Positions 12,481-26,545 of a DNA stretch of 64,000 nt are shown one piece after another (the first letter of the stretch is position 1; each line of letters opens with the position of its first letter). The DNA comes from Octopus sinensis. Taxonomy: Eukaryota. Under the pieces are notes generated by a model. The model was given only the letters and a program-made list of their open reading frames with translations, did not search any database and was not told the origin of the DNA. Both the position numbers and the translations under genes were made by a program. Location: contig NC_042998.1 of NCBI RefSeq assembly GCF_006345805.1, forward strand, positions 166,842,001-166,906,000. The letters run 5' to 3'.

Positions 12481-12905
12481 CTTATACATTTTTTCTTCTT
12501 TCTGTATCTCCCCCTCTCTCCCCTCTCCCTCTTTCTCTCTCTCTTTCTCTCTCTCTCTTCTAGTTTTTGTCTTGATGGACAGACTATTCTCTGTAAACAC
12601 ACACACAACTATAGGTAAATATAGTTGAAAATCCCACGCCTCCAAATTCTACAAAAACGTCAATAATCCGAAAGGTTTCCAACAACTGACATGACAAACC
12701 ACAAATGTGAACATCCATTACTTGTACATTACTTTAAAAATAAACTACTTTATTTATTAGCTTTGTTTGCCTACTTTACATAAAACCAGATTCCTGAATA
12801 TGGTAAAAGAAAATTGATTGCAAATTGGGTACGCGTACTGTATTCTTTTAATCAGAACATGGCATCGTAAGTGGAGACACGTATCTTACCTTTATTGGTT
12901 TCACA

Positions 12906-13104
12906 TTTTGGTACAAGGCCAGCAATTTCGGGGTGGGAGTAAATCGGTTACATCGACCCCAGTGCTCAACTGGTACTTATTTTATCGATTCAGAAAGGGA
13001 TGAAAGGCAAAGTCGACCTCGGCAAAATTTGAACTCAGAACTTAAAGACGGACGAAATTCCGCTAAGGCGTTTTGCCCGGAGTGCTAACAATTCTCACCG
13101 CCTG
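12906..13104 (-). mobile_element. SINE family A
   Basis: ggatgaaaggcaaagtcgacctcggcaaaatttgaactcagaac core; full head and tail. Confidence 0.88.
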
Positions 13105-13107
13105 AAT

Positions 13108-13506
13108 CTTTACTCTTTACTCTTTTACTATTTTACTTGTTTCAATCATACTGGAGCACCACCTCGAGCAAATCGACCCCTGGACTTATTCTTTGTAAGC
13201 CTAGTACTTATTCTGTCGATCTTTTTTGCCGAACCGCTAAGCTACGGGGACGTAAACACATCAGCATCGGTTGTCAAGAGGGACAAACGCAGACACACAC
13301 ACATATATACACAAACATACATATACATATATATACATATATACGACGGGCTTCTTTCAGTTTCCGTCTACCAAATCCACTCACAAGGCTTTGGTCAGTC
13401 CGAGGCTACAGTAGAAGACACTTGCCCAAGGTGCTACGCAGTGGAACTGAACCCGGAAGCATGTGGTTCGTAAGCAAGCTACTTACTACACAGCCACTCC
13501 TATGCC
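13108..13506 (-). mobile_element. SINE family B
   Basis: Near full-length match to other B copies. Confidence 0.88.
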
Positions 13507-14263
13507 TTTACATAAAGTATTTTTTTTAATTATATAAAACTATAATTCAAAATATATGTCTAAGTTATATTACAGAGTGGAAATGAATATTGTATTTAGA
13601 CACGAATCCCGTATCCAAGTTGTCCGAAATTATACATGGAAGTATTTAAAAATTGCTCTGAAATTCGAAAGTCTGAGATCCGTAATACATTCAAAGCCCC
13701 CCTCCCCCTTCCTCAACTGGAATTTCGGGTAAAGGATCCTCTGCTAAATATGTAAGCGTATATATGTAAATACTTACGAGTGTGTCAAATGATGCTCCTG
13801 TATTTTAAAATCGTAAAACTTACCCATTCCATAATGATAGATTGATAAAATATGTACGAGATCGAAGTAAATCAGGGGCTGATATGTCGATATGATCAAT
13901 GAATACTTTTGAATAGGATGCTCCAGTGTGAGTGCATTCCAATCATGAAATAGCAAACAAGTAGATGTGTGCGTGTGTGTGATTTTGCGTATGTGTGTGA
14001 GTTTGCGTGTGTGTGTAAGTTTACGTGTGTGTGTGTGTGAATTTGCGTGTGTGTGTGCGCGCGTGCGTAATATCAATAAAATACAGAAAACATCATTTTG
14101 TGCCTTTCGCACATTAGCCTATCCTGTGGTTTGATGTCCCGCGATGTACCTCACTGGATATAGGAGTGGAATGTTGAACTTACTACTGAGTTGAACTTCG
14201 GTCACATGTCGCACTTCACAGCCCATATACATTACACACATGTGTGTGTGTGTGGAGCGGGGT

Positions 14264-14298
<35 letters not shown>

Positions 14299-14550
14299 AT
14301 ATATGTATTATTTACAAGCAACGGTAGTAGTACTAGTTCTGAATAGCAATCAGTATATCTTACTTAATAAAGGCATTCTGTGACAAAGCGACAATACTGT
14401 TGCATTCGTCTTGAGAAAGCAACTCTTATAGACGCATAGATCTACGAAGTACAGAAGTGTCAATACATATAAATATAACCTGGGCAGATTCAAAGCCGTA
14501 GCTGTAACTAAAAAACAGTCAACACCATCTATATTACATATATACATATG

Positions 14551-14585
<35 letters not shown>

Positions 14586-14591
14586 GTGGTG

Positions 14592-14626
<35 letters not shown>

Positions 14627-15286
14627 ATTTATATATATATATATATATATATATTTGAAAGAAGTAATCACGCACTACAGCTGTTTCAAAAGGATTACAG
14701 GGTGCATATTAAATATTTCATGGCCATCCGGTATCCTTTCTCAACGGGTGCATACAGCTATTCTGTTGGAAATTATTTCTATATGCCAAATTATTGGAAT
14801 TTTCTTTCTGATCTCAATATTGAACGAAGTGTATTTGATGAATTGATAAACAAACTTTATTGATCCACTATCGTTTCACTTGTGTTTCCTATACAAGCTT
14901 TGTTGGTGTTAGATGCTAACCAACGATTTTTACCACGATCGATTGAGTGCTCCTACTACATGGTATATACATGTGTGTATGTATATCATTATATATATAT
15001 GTGTGTGTGTGTGTTTGTGTATTTATACATATATACAGGGCCGTCGCATGATTTTTAGAGGCCGCGTGCAACTTTTTGTTTCAAGGCCTCATCTCTTCAA
15101 TCAAAGTTCATGTTCTACGCACTTTTTATTCATAGCTATATTTTACTTTATTTTATCTGAAGTTCAATATTTCACATTATCTATCCTAAAGAACATCTTT
15201 AAAATTACAACAGGAATGAAGAGAAAAAAGGGAGAGACAGAGAGAGACTAAGAGACGTGTGTGTTTGGTAAATATCTGTCTATCCA

Positions 15287-15318
<32 letters not shown>

Positions 15319-15874
15319 CCTCTCCACCCTCGCTCCTTGAGCTGGCCAAAGCCTTGTGAATGGACTTGTAGACGGAAACAGATAAAAGCCAATCGTGTAT
15401 ATGTATGATTATAAGTATACATCCCCACCTTTCATCACCATTGCTTCTTTTTCTTGTCTTTTCTGTTGAAGTTGTTATTTTCATTTTGGTGGGATCCCTA
15501 CGGAATTCGTTGAAAAGCCTTTTTCATTTACTCTTTTCGTTTCTTTTAAATTTATTTACGGTACACCCTCGTATTTTTTTCTTCGTCTGGCTTGAAATTT
15601 TCAGTTAACATTTTAACCAAAGTAAATAGATGGCTCATCTATGTACTTTGATCTTAATATGCGACCGCAAGGAAGGCAGGGGCTTAGCGACGGTCCTGCA
15701 CAAATGTATACATATATGGCGCCATTCAAGACCCTGTATAGGTACCTTCTTTATTGAAAAGAAGAAAGTCACAGTTGACCACGGTAGGATTCGAATTCCG
15801 AGTGCAGTGAATCGAAACAAATACCGCACTACAGTCTATCGAACATTTTAACGATTCTGTCAATCTGTTGCCTT

Positions 15875-17120
15875 TATACGATGATATTGCAAAAGTGGGG
15901 ATAAACTATTTATTAACTCACATAGGGCTTTCAAATAGCACATTGTTAAGGTAACACTTGCTCTTTAGTAACTCTTCATTGCAGATAAATAATGGGTTTC
16001 AAGAAGAAGCATTGAGCAGTCACTGAGCTCTTGACCTAGGAGAGCTGCCGGCCGTTCGACATCCACAGAAAACTATACCATTGATAAGATCAATAAACAC
16101 AGATGAATGATGTTCAAAATAGGAAAAACCAACATTAAAGACAAGCCATGTAGTGGGGGACCAGCAACTGCGACCACTGACACGAATTGCCACCGAGTGG
16201 ACGAGTTGCTTAGCACGGACAGACGGGTAGCAATCTATGAACTTGTTGCACGATTGAGCTATTGTCGCATGCCTTAAAGGAGATAGTGAAGTTTAAGACT
16301 GGGTATCGGAAAGTGTGTGCTAAGTTGGCATCTACATAGCTGACACTTGATTTGAAATAGAGAACAGTAGAAGTCTAATCTGGTAGACTGAAATCCTTTG
16401 TAACCTATGAAGACACGTTTTATTTTTCCGATTTAAAGACAAAGGATGACACATAGGCGTACATTATGATACGAAAACAAAACGCTTTGACCATGGAATA
16501 GCACCTTGGAGAAGACGCTCCAACACCTAAGCAGTTCAAAACCCAGCGACCCGTTCAGAAAGTTATAGTGACTGTTTTGATTGATAACAAAATATCGTTT
16601 TTTTTTAGTTTCTAGAGCGTGGCTACACCGTGAAAAGCGAGCTGAACATTGAGACACTCAAAAAGGTTAGGAAAGACATTAGGAGGAAGAAACCGAATAA
16701 AAATCTGAAAATTATCCACATTCACGATGACTATAAGCAACACATCTTTGGCAGTAAATCAGGTAGTTGGCAAACTAGGCAATCAGTGATCACTCTCCAA
16801 CGTTACAACCTGTATCTGGCGTTCTCCGACTTCTACTTCTTCGGTCCGAAGAAGGACACCAATTTGACGGTACAGACGAGGTAACAGTGACTGTGAAGAC
16901 GTGCGTACAACAATGCACACCCGAATATCTTCAAAGACGTTCCGAGAGTTAGGTCCATCGATGACTCAAATGCATCGCTTGCGATGGAGACTATGTTGAG
17001 CAATACCTTCGTATAGATGTAGAGTTACTCCATTAACATGTACAAATTGAGTGATATTTGTCAGTTGATAAAAGCGTTATTCCCAATTTTGTATTACTTT
17101 CGAGACAACTCTCACATATA
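15875..17120 (+). mobile_element. Decayed Tc1/mariner (mariner) transposon
   Basis: Broken frames: LGYRKVCAK, MEW.H...PTPKQFKTQ...KVIVTVF, D.A.SDFYFFGP.K; weak TIR remnants. Confidence 0.75.
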
Positions 17121-18508
17121 CATATGTATGTATATTGCCTCAACTCCGCATTACTTGAGCCTTCTTAGACATAACTGAACGTCCAGTTCATCAGATAGCT
17201 GAGATTAAGGTGTAGAGGAATAATTATTGTTCCAAGCGAAAATAGTTGTAAATTTCCATAAGTCAATCCTAGTGACAACACTTTTTGGCTTGTAGCTCCG
17301 TGTAGAAGTAGTGACAGCCTAGTGACTCCAGCTCGCCTGCTACCTGGAAAACTTGCTACTGTTGACTCTTCCGTAGCACTGCATGGAGATGTATACTAAT
17401 TGTTGCTGTTCTACGGAGGAATATACGCATTTTCCAGCTAAGGATTCACAGCTAATCCTGCTCAACAACAATAAGCTAAACATAGCTCTTGATATACTCT
17501 CTTCTTTCTTACCAGCAACACCAGAAGCTTGAAATGCAAACAGACATCACACTTACCAATGTACAATTCACATAGAAAAACGAAACTATTAGCAATTTCA
17601 TACAATATATCTACATCATTCGAACACAAGGAAGACATTTTAAAGAAAGTAAGAGGGGTACAAACATACTTAAAGCTCTCCTAGAAAGCACATTGTTAAA
17701 ACAGAAAAAAAACTTGTAACGAAACTATACAAACAATATAAATGCCCTTAATATAAGTAAATATATTCAAGAGGAATAATTGATGGATTTTTCCCTTATG
17801 AGGTTTTTCACGCTAACTACTTGATAAATTCTTATAAAGATTTTATCCTATTTTTCAAACAGTATATTAGATACATCCTAAATTCATTCAACATAAACAA
17901 ACATAAAATAGATATACAAAGATATACGCATAGAAATTGACTAGCATCTATAAACGCTTTATAATTAAGCAAGGTTTCAGATGCACACTACCAATAAAAG
18001 AACGGTGAGTCGCATGTAGTTGTTCGGTCAAATACATAAGTTTTCTACATCAGCTTGATCAGAGCTGATCTGGAATTACAACAATAAAATAACTACATAG
18101 ACATCATCCCTGTCATTCATACTACAGTTAACAACGATATCAAATTAATTACTGTCACCACCTCCATTACAAATAAAACCAATTGTATAAATAATAGGAA
18201 AAAACCCCACCAGTCAAAATAGTAACCAAATATCCCTCAAATCCCACCACAGTGTCTTAAAAAAGAAGGACATAATTTAGTCAATACATACATACATTAT
18301 GCCTCTACACAACTAGAATAGTCAAGACTTGACTGTCTCTGAACCTAGGACACAGCTCAGTAGGAGCTCACTTGGAAATGAATAACAATAGTAGCCGGAA
18401 ATTGAATTCTCAAGGTTTCTTTTCAGTTCTTTTCTGTTTGATATCATGGAACACAAAAGGAGAGATAAACACATTTCATCTCAACTTTGACCTTGGTCTC
18501 ATTTTTTC

Positions 18509-18544
<36 letters not shown>

Positions 18545-19428
18545 ACACACACACACACACACCACACACACACACACGCATACAAGCAACGAAGAAAAAA
18601 TAAATACTCTAGTGTCCGATAAAATCAACATCATAGTCGCGAAACGTTTAGGAACCAAAACAATTACTGCCTTTCTCGTCGAGGAACATCTATGCAGTTT
18701 TTTGAAGTGCTAGAAATAGCAGCTAGAATTTCTCTCAAATTACACCCTATCAGCTTTATAGAAAGACAGATACAGTGGACAAAACTGTCATGCATACGCT
18801 AGATCTAGTAAAAAGTATGAAGAGGTCAAGGTTGCTCTAGTATGTCTGTCAATAGGTCAGACGGATTAGAGCTGAAATGGCGCTAAATATAAACACCGTC
18901 TACTCATACTAACACTGCTAAATCTCATTAATATAGAAAGTTAGCAGAATTATAACAATGCCTATACTTCATAAAAGCTGGAACAGAATCAGCATCACAC
19001 ATGTTCATAGACAGAAAGTTCACTCATTCCTTAATACAACTTACAACAGAGATTCTGACCTCTACACTCACCTATTTACACGACTGATATATCTAGGCTA
19101 AAAGAGTGAATTGTAGTTTCAGCAACATCAAAAGCAACACAAAATTAAAACTTCCGCCTACTCATAAACAAACTGCAAAGCACTTCCTTTAAAAAGAAAA
19201 ACCCACTAACTTGCAACCCCTCTCTCTCTTTCATTCTCTCTTTCTCTCTCTCTCTCTTTCAGTTTGCTATACCTAGGTAGGTATATTATTCCGCCAAAGA
19301 GTTCCATTTTCTCACCCACTTGTTTAAACCTATATCAACACAAAACAGCCACACAATCTCATAAATAGATGAGATCCAAATACCATAGATCAGGTTCCAA
19401 AACGAGCTAAAAGTAAAACTTGAATTAT

Positions 19429-19850
19429 GCAAGGAGTGGCTGTGTGGTAGTAGCTTGCTTACCAACCACATGGTTCCGGGTTCAGTCCCACTGCGTGGCA
19501 CCTTGGGCAAGTGTTTTCTACTTAGCCTCGAGCCGACCAAAGCTTTGTGAGTGGATTTGGTAGACGAAAACTGAAAGAAGCTCATCATATATATGTATAT
19601 ACATATGTGTGTGTGTTGTGTGTGTGTGTGTGCGTGTGTGTTTGTGTGTCTGTGCTTGTCCCCCCAACATCGCTTGACAACCGATGCAGGTGTGCTTACG
19701 ACCCCGTAACTTAGCGGTTTGGCAAAAAGAGACCGATAGAATAAGTACTAGGCTTACAAAAGAATAAGTCTTGGGGTCGATTTGCTCGACTAAAGGCGGT
19801 GCTCCAGCATGGCCGCAGTCAAATGACTGAAACAAGTAAAAGAGTAAAAT
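19429..19850 (+). mobile_element. SINE family B, full length
   Basis: Head ggagtggctgtgtggt (A-box), gggttcagtccc (B-box), central domain, internal TA/TG tract, tail ggcggtgctccagcatggccgcagtcaaatgactgaaacaagtaaaagag. Confidence 0.92.
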
Positions 19851-19920
19851 ATCCACTAGGGGTAAAAAATGTATAGAAAACGAATATGAAAACAAAACTT
19901 TGCGCAAACACAGACACACA

Positions 19921-20085
19921 CGACGGACGTCTTTCAGTTTCCGTCTACCAAATCCACTCACAAGGCTTTGGTCGAATCGAGGCTATAGTAGAAGACACTT
20001 GCCCAAGGTGCTACGCAGTGGGACTGAACCCGGAGCCATGTGGTTCATAAGGAAGCTACTTACCACACAGCCACTCCTACGCCTA
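19921..20085 (-). mobile_element. SINE family B, 5' half
   Basis: Reverse complement of 19429-19585. Confidence 0.88.
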
Positions 20086-20187
20086 TGTGTGTGTGTGTGT
20101 GTACGTATATATATATGTGTGTGTATGTATATATACATACATATATATTATATATATAATATATATATTATATATATATACACACAC

Positions 20188-20340
20188 ACGACAGGCTTCT
20201 TTTAGTTCACCATCTACCAAATCCACTCACATGGCTTTGGTAGGCCCGAGGTTATGGTAGAAGATACTTGACCAAGGTGCCACGCAGTAAGACTGAACCG
20301 GGAACCAAGTGCGTGGGAAGCAAGCTTCTTACCACACACC
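20188..20340 (-). mobile_element. SINE family B, 5' half (diverged)
   Basis: ctaccaaatccactcac...ccaaggtgccacgcagtaagactgaacc. Confidence 0.8.
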
Positions 20341-20577
20341 AACGTGTTTATTAAAATAAAGATGGTTTAAACATTTAAATTTACCCAACACAACGGTGAG
20401 GAAAGAAGTGGTTATATGGATGTATGGATGCAATTTCTATTGCTTACTCATTTATAAACAGAGAGAAGGGTTAAAAGATTTTCACTAATATTTGTTTTAG
20501 GAACAGGTTTACTATTATCCAGTTTGAGAAGCATTGGTATAGTAAACAGCCTCGGACAATACGGTGTGCAAAATATA

Positions 20578-21152
20578 TTCTTTTCTACTCTAGGCACAAG
20601 GCTCGAAATTTTGGGGGAGGTGGCCAGTCAATTAGATCGATCTCAGTACGCAACTGGTACTTAATATATTGACCCAAAAGATGAAAGGCAAAGTCAATCT
20701 CGACGGAATTTGAATTCAGAACGTAAAGACAGATGACATACTTATTTCTTTACTACCCACAAGGGGCTAAACACAGAGGGGACAAACAAGGACAGACAAA
20801 CGAATTAAGTCGATTACATCGAGCCCAGTGCGTAACTGGTACTTAATTTATCGACCCCGAAAGGATGAAAGGCAAAGTCGACCACGGCGGAATTTGAACT
20901 CAGAACGTAACGGCGGACGAAATACCTATTTCTTTACTACCCACAAGGGGCTAAACACGGAGAGGACAAACAAGGACAGACAAACGGGTTAAGTCGATTA
21001 CATCGACACCAGTGCATAACTGGTACTTATTTAATCGACCCCGAAAGGATGAAAGGCAAAGTCGACCTCGGCGGAATTTGAACTCAGAACGTAACAGCAG
21101 ACGAAATACCGCAAAGCATTTCGCCCAGCGTGCTAACGTTTCTGCCAGCCCC
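20578..21152 (-). mobile_element. SINE family A trimer (head + 3 cores joined by a Tx1-tail-like linker)
   Basis: Three ~190-bp units each with B-box and core; linker tttctttactacccacaaggggctaaacac..ggacaaacaaggacagac twice. Confidence 0.88.
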
Positions 21153-21407
21153 CTGTCTTGGTGTACCAGTTGTACTAATTTTAAATTTTTCACCACAAAC
21201 GACATCAAACTACAAAGAGAGAACCCATTTTAATAAATCTTGACCAAAACGTTGCACACACATCACTAGAGAACACCAGAGCACATCAGAGCACATCACA
21301 CAACTATTCACCACAAATATTCAAAATGAAAGACTACTTATGCATTTGAAGGGCACACTTTGTTTAATTACATTTTAATCACACACACACACATGCAGAA
21401 TAACCAT

Positions 21408-21560
21408 CATCGTCATTTAACGTCCAGGTTTTAGGCTTGCATGGGTTGGACGGTTTGACAAGGACTGCACCGTGCTTCAATGTTAGGGTGCTCATGGTTT
21501 CTACAGCTGAATGCCGTTCCTAACGCCAACCACTTTACACTGTGTACAAGGAGCTTTGTT
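21408..21560 (-). mobile_element. Repeat family E with RTE-like 3' end
   Basis: Minus strand gttggcgttaggaacggcattcagctgtagaaaccatg...ggacgttaaatgacgatgatg; related copy at 54246. Confidence 0.55.
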
Positions 21561-22396
21561 CGCAAGTGTACAAAATCTGAGAAGGGGAGCCGCCTTTATG
21601 TGAGATGGAGATTAAGGTATGAAGGAATGGAGTAGAGTAGTATAGGTTCTTGCTGTAGAGGAGAGCTACATGGCAATTCACATTTAGGGGAGGTAATGAG
21701 AATGAATCGGTAGTTTCTCCGAAGAGATCACTAGTGGTGATGAAGTGTTTAAGAATCACCTCAAGGTACAAAATGAATCAAAGTGACTGAGGACAGATAA
21801 CCTGGGAATGTGTGTCAGTGGGGGTTTACAAGAGAATGTAGGGGCAAGAGATAGAGGAAATGGGAAGATGGAATCGCACAAAAATGGCGAATTATATCAA
21901 TGCGACTAACCAACATTTGTAAGCTTGAATAACGTTCCTCTCAACAAAACAAAGGCTGGGGTATCTAGAACACAAAACCTTTGGATCGAATATATTGGTT
22001 CGATTAAGCTCTTTGCTAGGTTGATAAAGCTGATCAAAAACAAGAATAACAACAATAAGCGCTAACCAACAAACATACAAAGGCTACAATAATAATGATT
22101 AATAGCAATAATAACAATACCAATATCAAAAGTAATGATATCTCTTCCTAAATATTACACCAAGACAGCCACCTTATGAAAGTAGATGTGCCTCAGAAAT
22201 TAAGGTAAAGGTAAGCAACAGGTACGCAAACACACATCGATACGCACATGCACGCACATCACTGACGGCGTATTACAGAAAGAATCGATACAGAGAGGAA
22301 TTAAAGAATGCTACATAAATACAGACGCACACACACACACACACATTCGCGTGCACGCGCACACACATATACGCACACAAATATTTATATATACAT

Positions 22397-22530
22397 GTCA
22401 GGCTTCTTTAGTTTCCGTCCACTAAACCCATTCACAAGGCTTTGTTCAGGCCGAGCCTTCTCGGAGCAGACACCTGCACGTAGTGAGACTCAGCCCGGAA
22501 CTATACGATTGGGAAGCAAATTTCTTTTTC
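22397..22530 (-). mobile_element. Degenerate SINE family B, 5' half
   Basis: agtttccgtcc...cacaaggctttg...gactcagcccggaac. Confidence 0.6.
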
Positions 22531-23096
22531 CAGACAATCACGTACATATACATGTACAAGTACACACATATATATGTATATATTTACACATATATAAACA
22601 CATATATACATATGAATATTGATATATAATGTTTGCTTATATAAACACACACATATATATAAACAAAATGTATATATATATATATACACACACACACATA
22701 TAATCATGTATATATTTACTATCACAGAAACAAATATAGGGATATCAAATATATTATTAAAACGATACCACAATATTCTTTATTATTGCAATCATGTCCT
22801 CCAATGCCGTTTCGTGATTTATTGTTTATTCAAGTCAAAATTGAGCACGTTAATAACATCATCATATTTAATTTGTGTCAATATAAATATTTGATAAGGA
22901 ATGCTATAGGTGTAAGCATATTATTGAGTGAGATTTTCATTTGCTAAGGGCATATCAAGTAATTTGAGGTATCACTGGGTGTTATATATAACAGATTTTA
23001 TAAAACCATCTAGAAATTCACATGTTGGCTTGTTGTCGTCGTAGGTAATGAAGTAGAAATTAACACGAAAAGTGGAAATGTAATAATGTGTGGGGG

Positions 23097-23097
23097 A

Positions 23098-23180
<83 letters not shown>

Positions 23181-23192
23181 ATATATATATAT

Positions 23193-23239
<47 letters not shown>

Positions 23240-23660
23240 TAGATAGATAGATAGATATAGATGATAACTATATATATATATATATGCATATATATATATA
23301 TATATATGCATATATATACGTATACACATACGTATATATATACATACATGTATATATATACATACATGTATATATATACGTATATATATGTATGTATATA
23401 TGTGTGTATATATATGTATATATATATATAACTATATATATATGCATATATATACGTATACACATACGTATATATACATACATGTATACATATAGTATAT
23501 ATATGTATGTATATATATGCGTATGTATATATATATATGTATATATATATATATGTATATATATATACGTATATGTATACATACATATAATACATATGTA
23601 TTCATACATATACCACCACAAATACAATGAATGCAATTAATAGTATATGCATACATGCAT
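23097..23660. repeat. Compound (TA)n/(TG)n/(GATA)n microsatellite
   Basis: Direct inspection. Confidence 0.95.
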
Positions 23661-23712
23661 ACATTATATATGTAATATATTTACGCGGTATATTAATACT
23701 CACACCCATATA

Positions 23713-23758
<46 letters not shown>

Positions 23759-23986
23759 TTATCATAGAAATACACACCCAAACACATATCTGTATATTAA
23801 TTTGTATTAACTGGTTGACTAAAACTGAAACTTAGTTTCGTCAATGGAAGATAACTTTGTATGCGTGGGTGGGTGTATATGTACACACACACACACACAC
23901 ACACAAATATATATGCATATATTCTTGAATGTTGTATATAAGCGTATGTACACATAAAGGCAGCAGGTTATTCTGATCACACAGTG

Positions 23987-24119
23987 ATCCTTCGGTATTA
24001 GTATACAGTGTCGGTAAAATGGACGACGTCATTCATCCTCTTTTTCAATCTAGCCGCTTTATCTATGTCAAGAAGGAAGGTCGTTCGGTAAATGACGTAG
24101 TGTACTAATACCGAAGGAT
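23987..24119. repeat. 133-bp element with perfect 17-bp inverted termini (MITE-like)
   Basis: atccttcggtattagta (23987-24003) and tactaataccgaaggat (24103-24119) are exact reverse complements. Confidence 0.7.
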
Positions 24120-24275
24120 TGCTTTGTGAAGGAGTTGATTTTTGTAAGATTACAATAACCGGCTGATAACAATGCTGAAGATATAAAATTGCCCCGAGTA
24201 TAGTTTGGGCCTGCTTCTCATAACAATAAACGTTTGGAAATATTACCTACGATTATAAAAACCAGAATTCACTGA

Positions 24276-24322
<47 letters not shown>

Positions 24323-24369
24323 ACACGCAGACACATATACACACACAAGTGCCAAATCATGGAACTGGA

Positions 24370-24400
<31 letters not shown>

Positions 24401-24491
24401 CGTGTGTGTGTGTCTATGTATGTATGTATGTATATATATATACACACACAAGTTCAAAGCCACGAAAATGTGATATATATATATATATATA

Positions 24492-24537
<46 letters not shown>

Positions 24538-25527
24538 TGTTTGCGTTGTGTGCGTGTGTGTATACCATACGGAGAGAAACAGAAAGAGAAAGGCATATGC
24601 ACATATGCAAGGGTACACACATTCAAATATATACATACACACGCACACACACACATATATATACATATACATCATATAATAATAATATATTGATATCAAG
24701 AGATACGTGTTCACATAATTTCTTTATAAACTTACTTTCTCGCGGAAAGAAGGAATCGGTGGCAATAGCGGATGGTTATTCTTCTATTACGCAGTTAGAG
24801 AGAGAACTTGCTTATGACGACTGTTTGTAAACAAGGACGACGAGAGGAAGAAAGTGAAAATATAAAAAAGAAAGACGTAAAAGAAGATATCACACCAGCG
24901 TAGTCACGTGTTTGGCCCACGTCTCCTTCCTGTATTGAGAGAAAGAGAAAGAGAAAGAGAGAGAAGAGAGATGTGAAAAGAGAGATTAGAGAAGGGAAAG
25001 AATGAAAGAGCAATATATATATAGAGAGACAGAGACAGACAGATAGATAGAGAGAGAGAGAGAGAGTATTTTGTAAACAAAGCTTTTGTAGAAGTTTATT
25101 TCAGCTTATAATATTATGACGAGTTGTATGTGTATTGAGATAGAAACGTAATGGTTTTGATATTTGTTATAAGTATCAATATATCTATATCTGTATGAAT
25201 GTGTTATCGTGTGTGTTGTATGTTTATGTGTGTAATGTTTGTGAATGAGTGTATTGTATGTGTGTGTGTGTGTATGTGTGTATGTGTGTGTGTGTGTGTG
25301 AGTATGAGTGTGCATGCGTATGAATGTTTCTATGTGTGTGTGTGTCTGAGTGTAACCGGGTGTGTCAGAATGTGTGTATGTGAGTGTGTCTGAGTGTAAT
25401 TGTGTGTGTGTGTATGTGTGTGTTTGAGTGTAAGTGTGTGTGTGTATATTACGTGTATGTGTGTATGTTATGTGTATGCTGTTCACATCATCAAGTACAA
25501 TCAAATCACCCCTACTGCAAAACTCAT

Positions 25528-25571
25528 AATCATCATCATCGTCGTCGTCATCATTATAATCGTCGTCGTCG

Positions 25572-25620
<49 letters not shown>

Positions 25621-25900
25621 TATCACTGTTATCATCCTTTTTACTATTATCTTTTTTTTGTTTGTGAGTACTACCTATAATTTATTCATAAAGTAATATG
25701 GGTAAGGTTTCAGAAATTGGGGAGTGAATAGATGGGGAAAATGAATTATATCAATATTAGCACCACATTACTGGTACTGTTTATTATATCAGTCCCGAAA
25801 AGATGGAAGCCAAGGTAGATTTCGGCGGCATCTGAACTCAGAGCACAAGCTTCCGGAATAATAATAGTAATAATAATAATAATATAATAATAATAATAAC

Positions 25901-25939
<39 letters not shown>

Positions 25940-26010
25940 GATGAGGATGATGATGATGGTGGTGGTGGTGGTGGTGGTGGTGGTTGTGGTGGTGGTGATG
26001 ATGATGATGA
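25528..26010. repeat. Trinucleotide tracts (CAT)n, (TAA)n, (TGA)n, (TGG)n with a SINE A remnant (about 25770-25845, minus)
   Basis: Direct inspection. Confidence 0.85.
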
Positions 26011-26157
26011 TCCTTTCTACTATAGGCACAAGGCTTGAAATTTGATGGAGGACTAATAATAACAACTAGCTGGACCCATGAAAAATTCACGGAAAATATA
26101 AGCATCTGTAAATTGTGTGCTGGTACCATGAGAAATGCTTCTAAATTGTGACAGTTG

Positions 26158-26545
26158 AAGGCGGCGCGCTGGCAGAAACGTTAGCACACCGGGCGAAATG
26201 CGTAGCCGTATTTCGTCTTGCTTTACGTTCTGAATTCAAATTCCACCAAGGTCGACTTTGCCTTTCATCCTTTCGGGGTCGATAAATTAAGTACCAGTTA
26301 CGCACTGGGGTAGATGTAATCGACTTAATCCGTTTGTCTGTCCTTGTTTGTCCTCTCTGTGTTTAGCCCCTTGTGTGTAGTAAAGAAATAGGTATTTCGT
26401 CTGTCTTTACATTCTGAGTTCAAATTCCGCCGAGGTCGACTTTGCCTTTCATCCTTTCGGGGCCGATAAATTAATTACTAGTTGCGTACTGGGGTCGATC
26501 TAATCGACTGGCTTCCTCTCCCCCAAAATTTCAGGGGAAATTATA
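26158..26545 (+). mobile_element. SINE family A dimer with Tx1-tail-like linker
   Basis: Head-core-linker (26331-26388)-core-tail; same linker as the trimer at 20578. Confidence 0.9.

Noticed and set aside
17700-19250. Scattered copies of tagaaatagcagc..ctcaaat..caccct (also near 8830, 47100, 49770)
   Set aside because: Probably another old SINE family, but boundaries and head could not be defined
20578-21152. CRISPR-like repeat-spacer array
   Set aside because: Units are ~190-bp SINE modules with homologous 'spacers'; eukaryotic context, no cas genes
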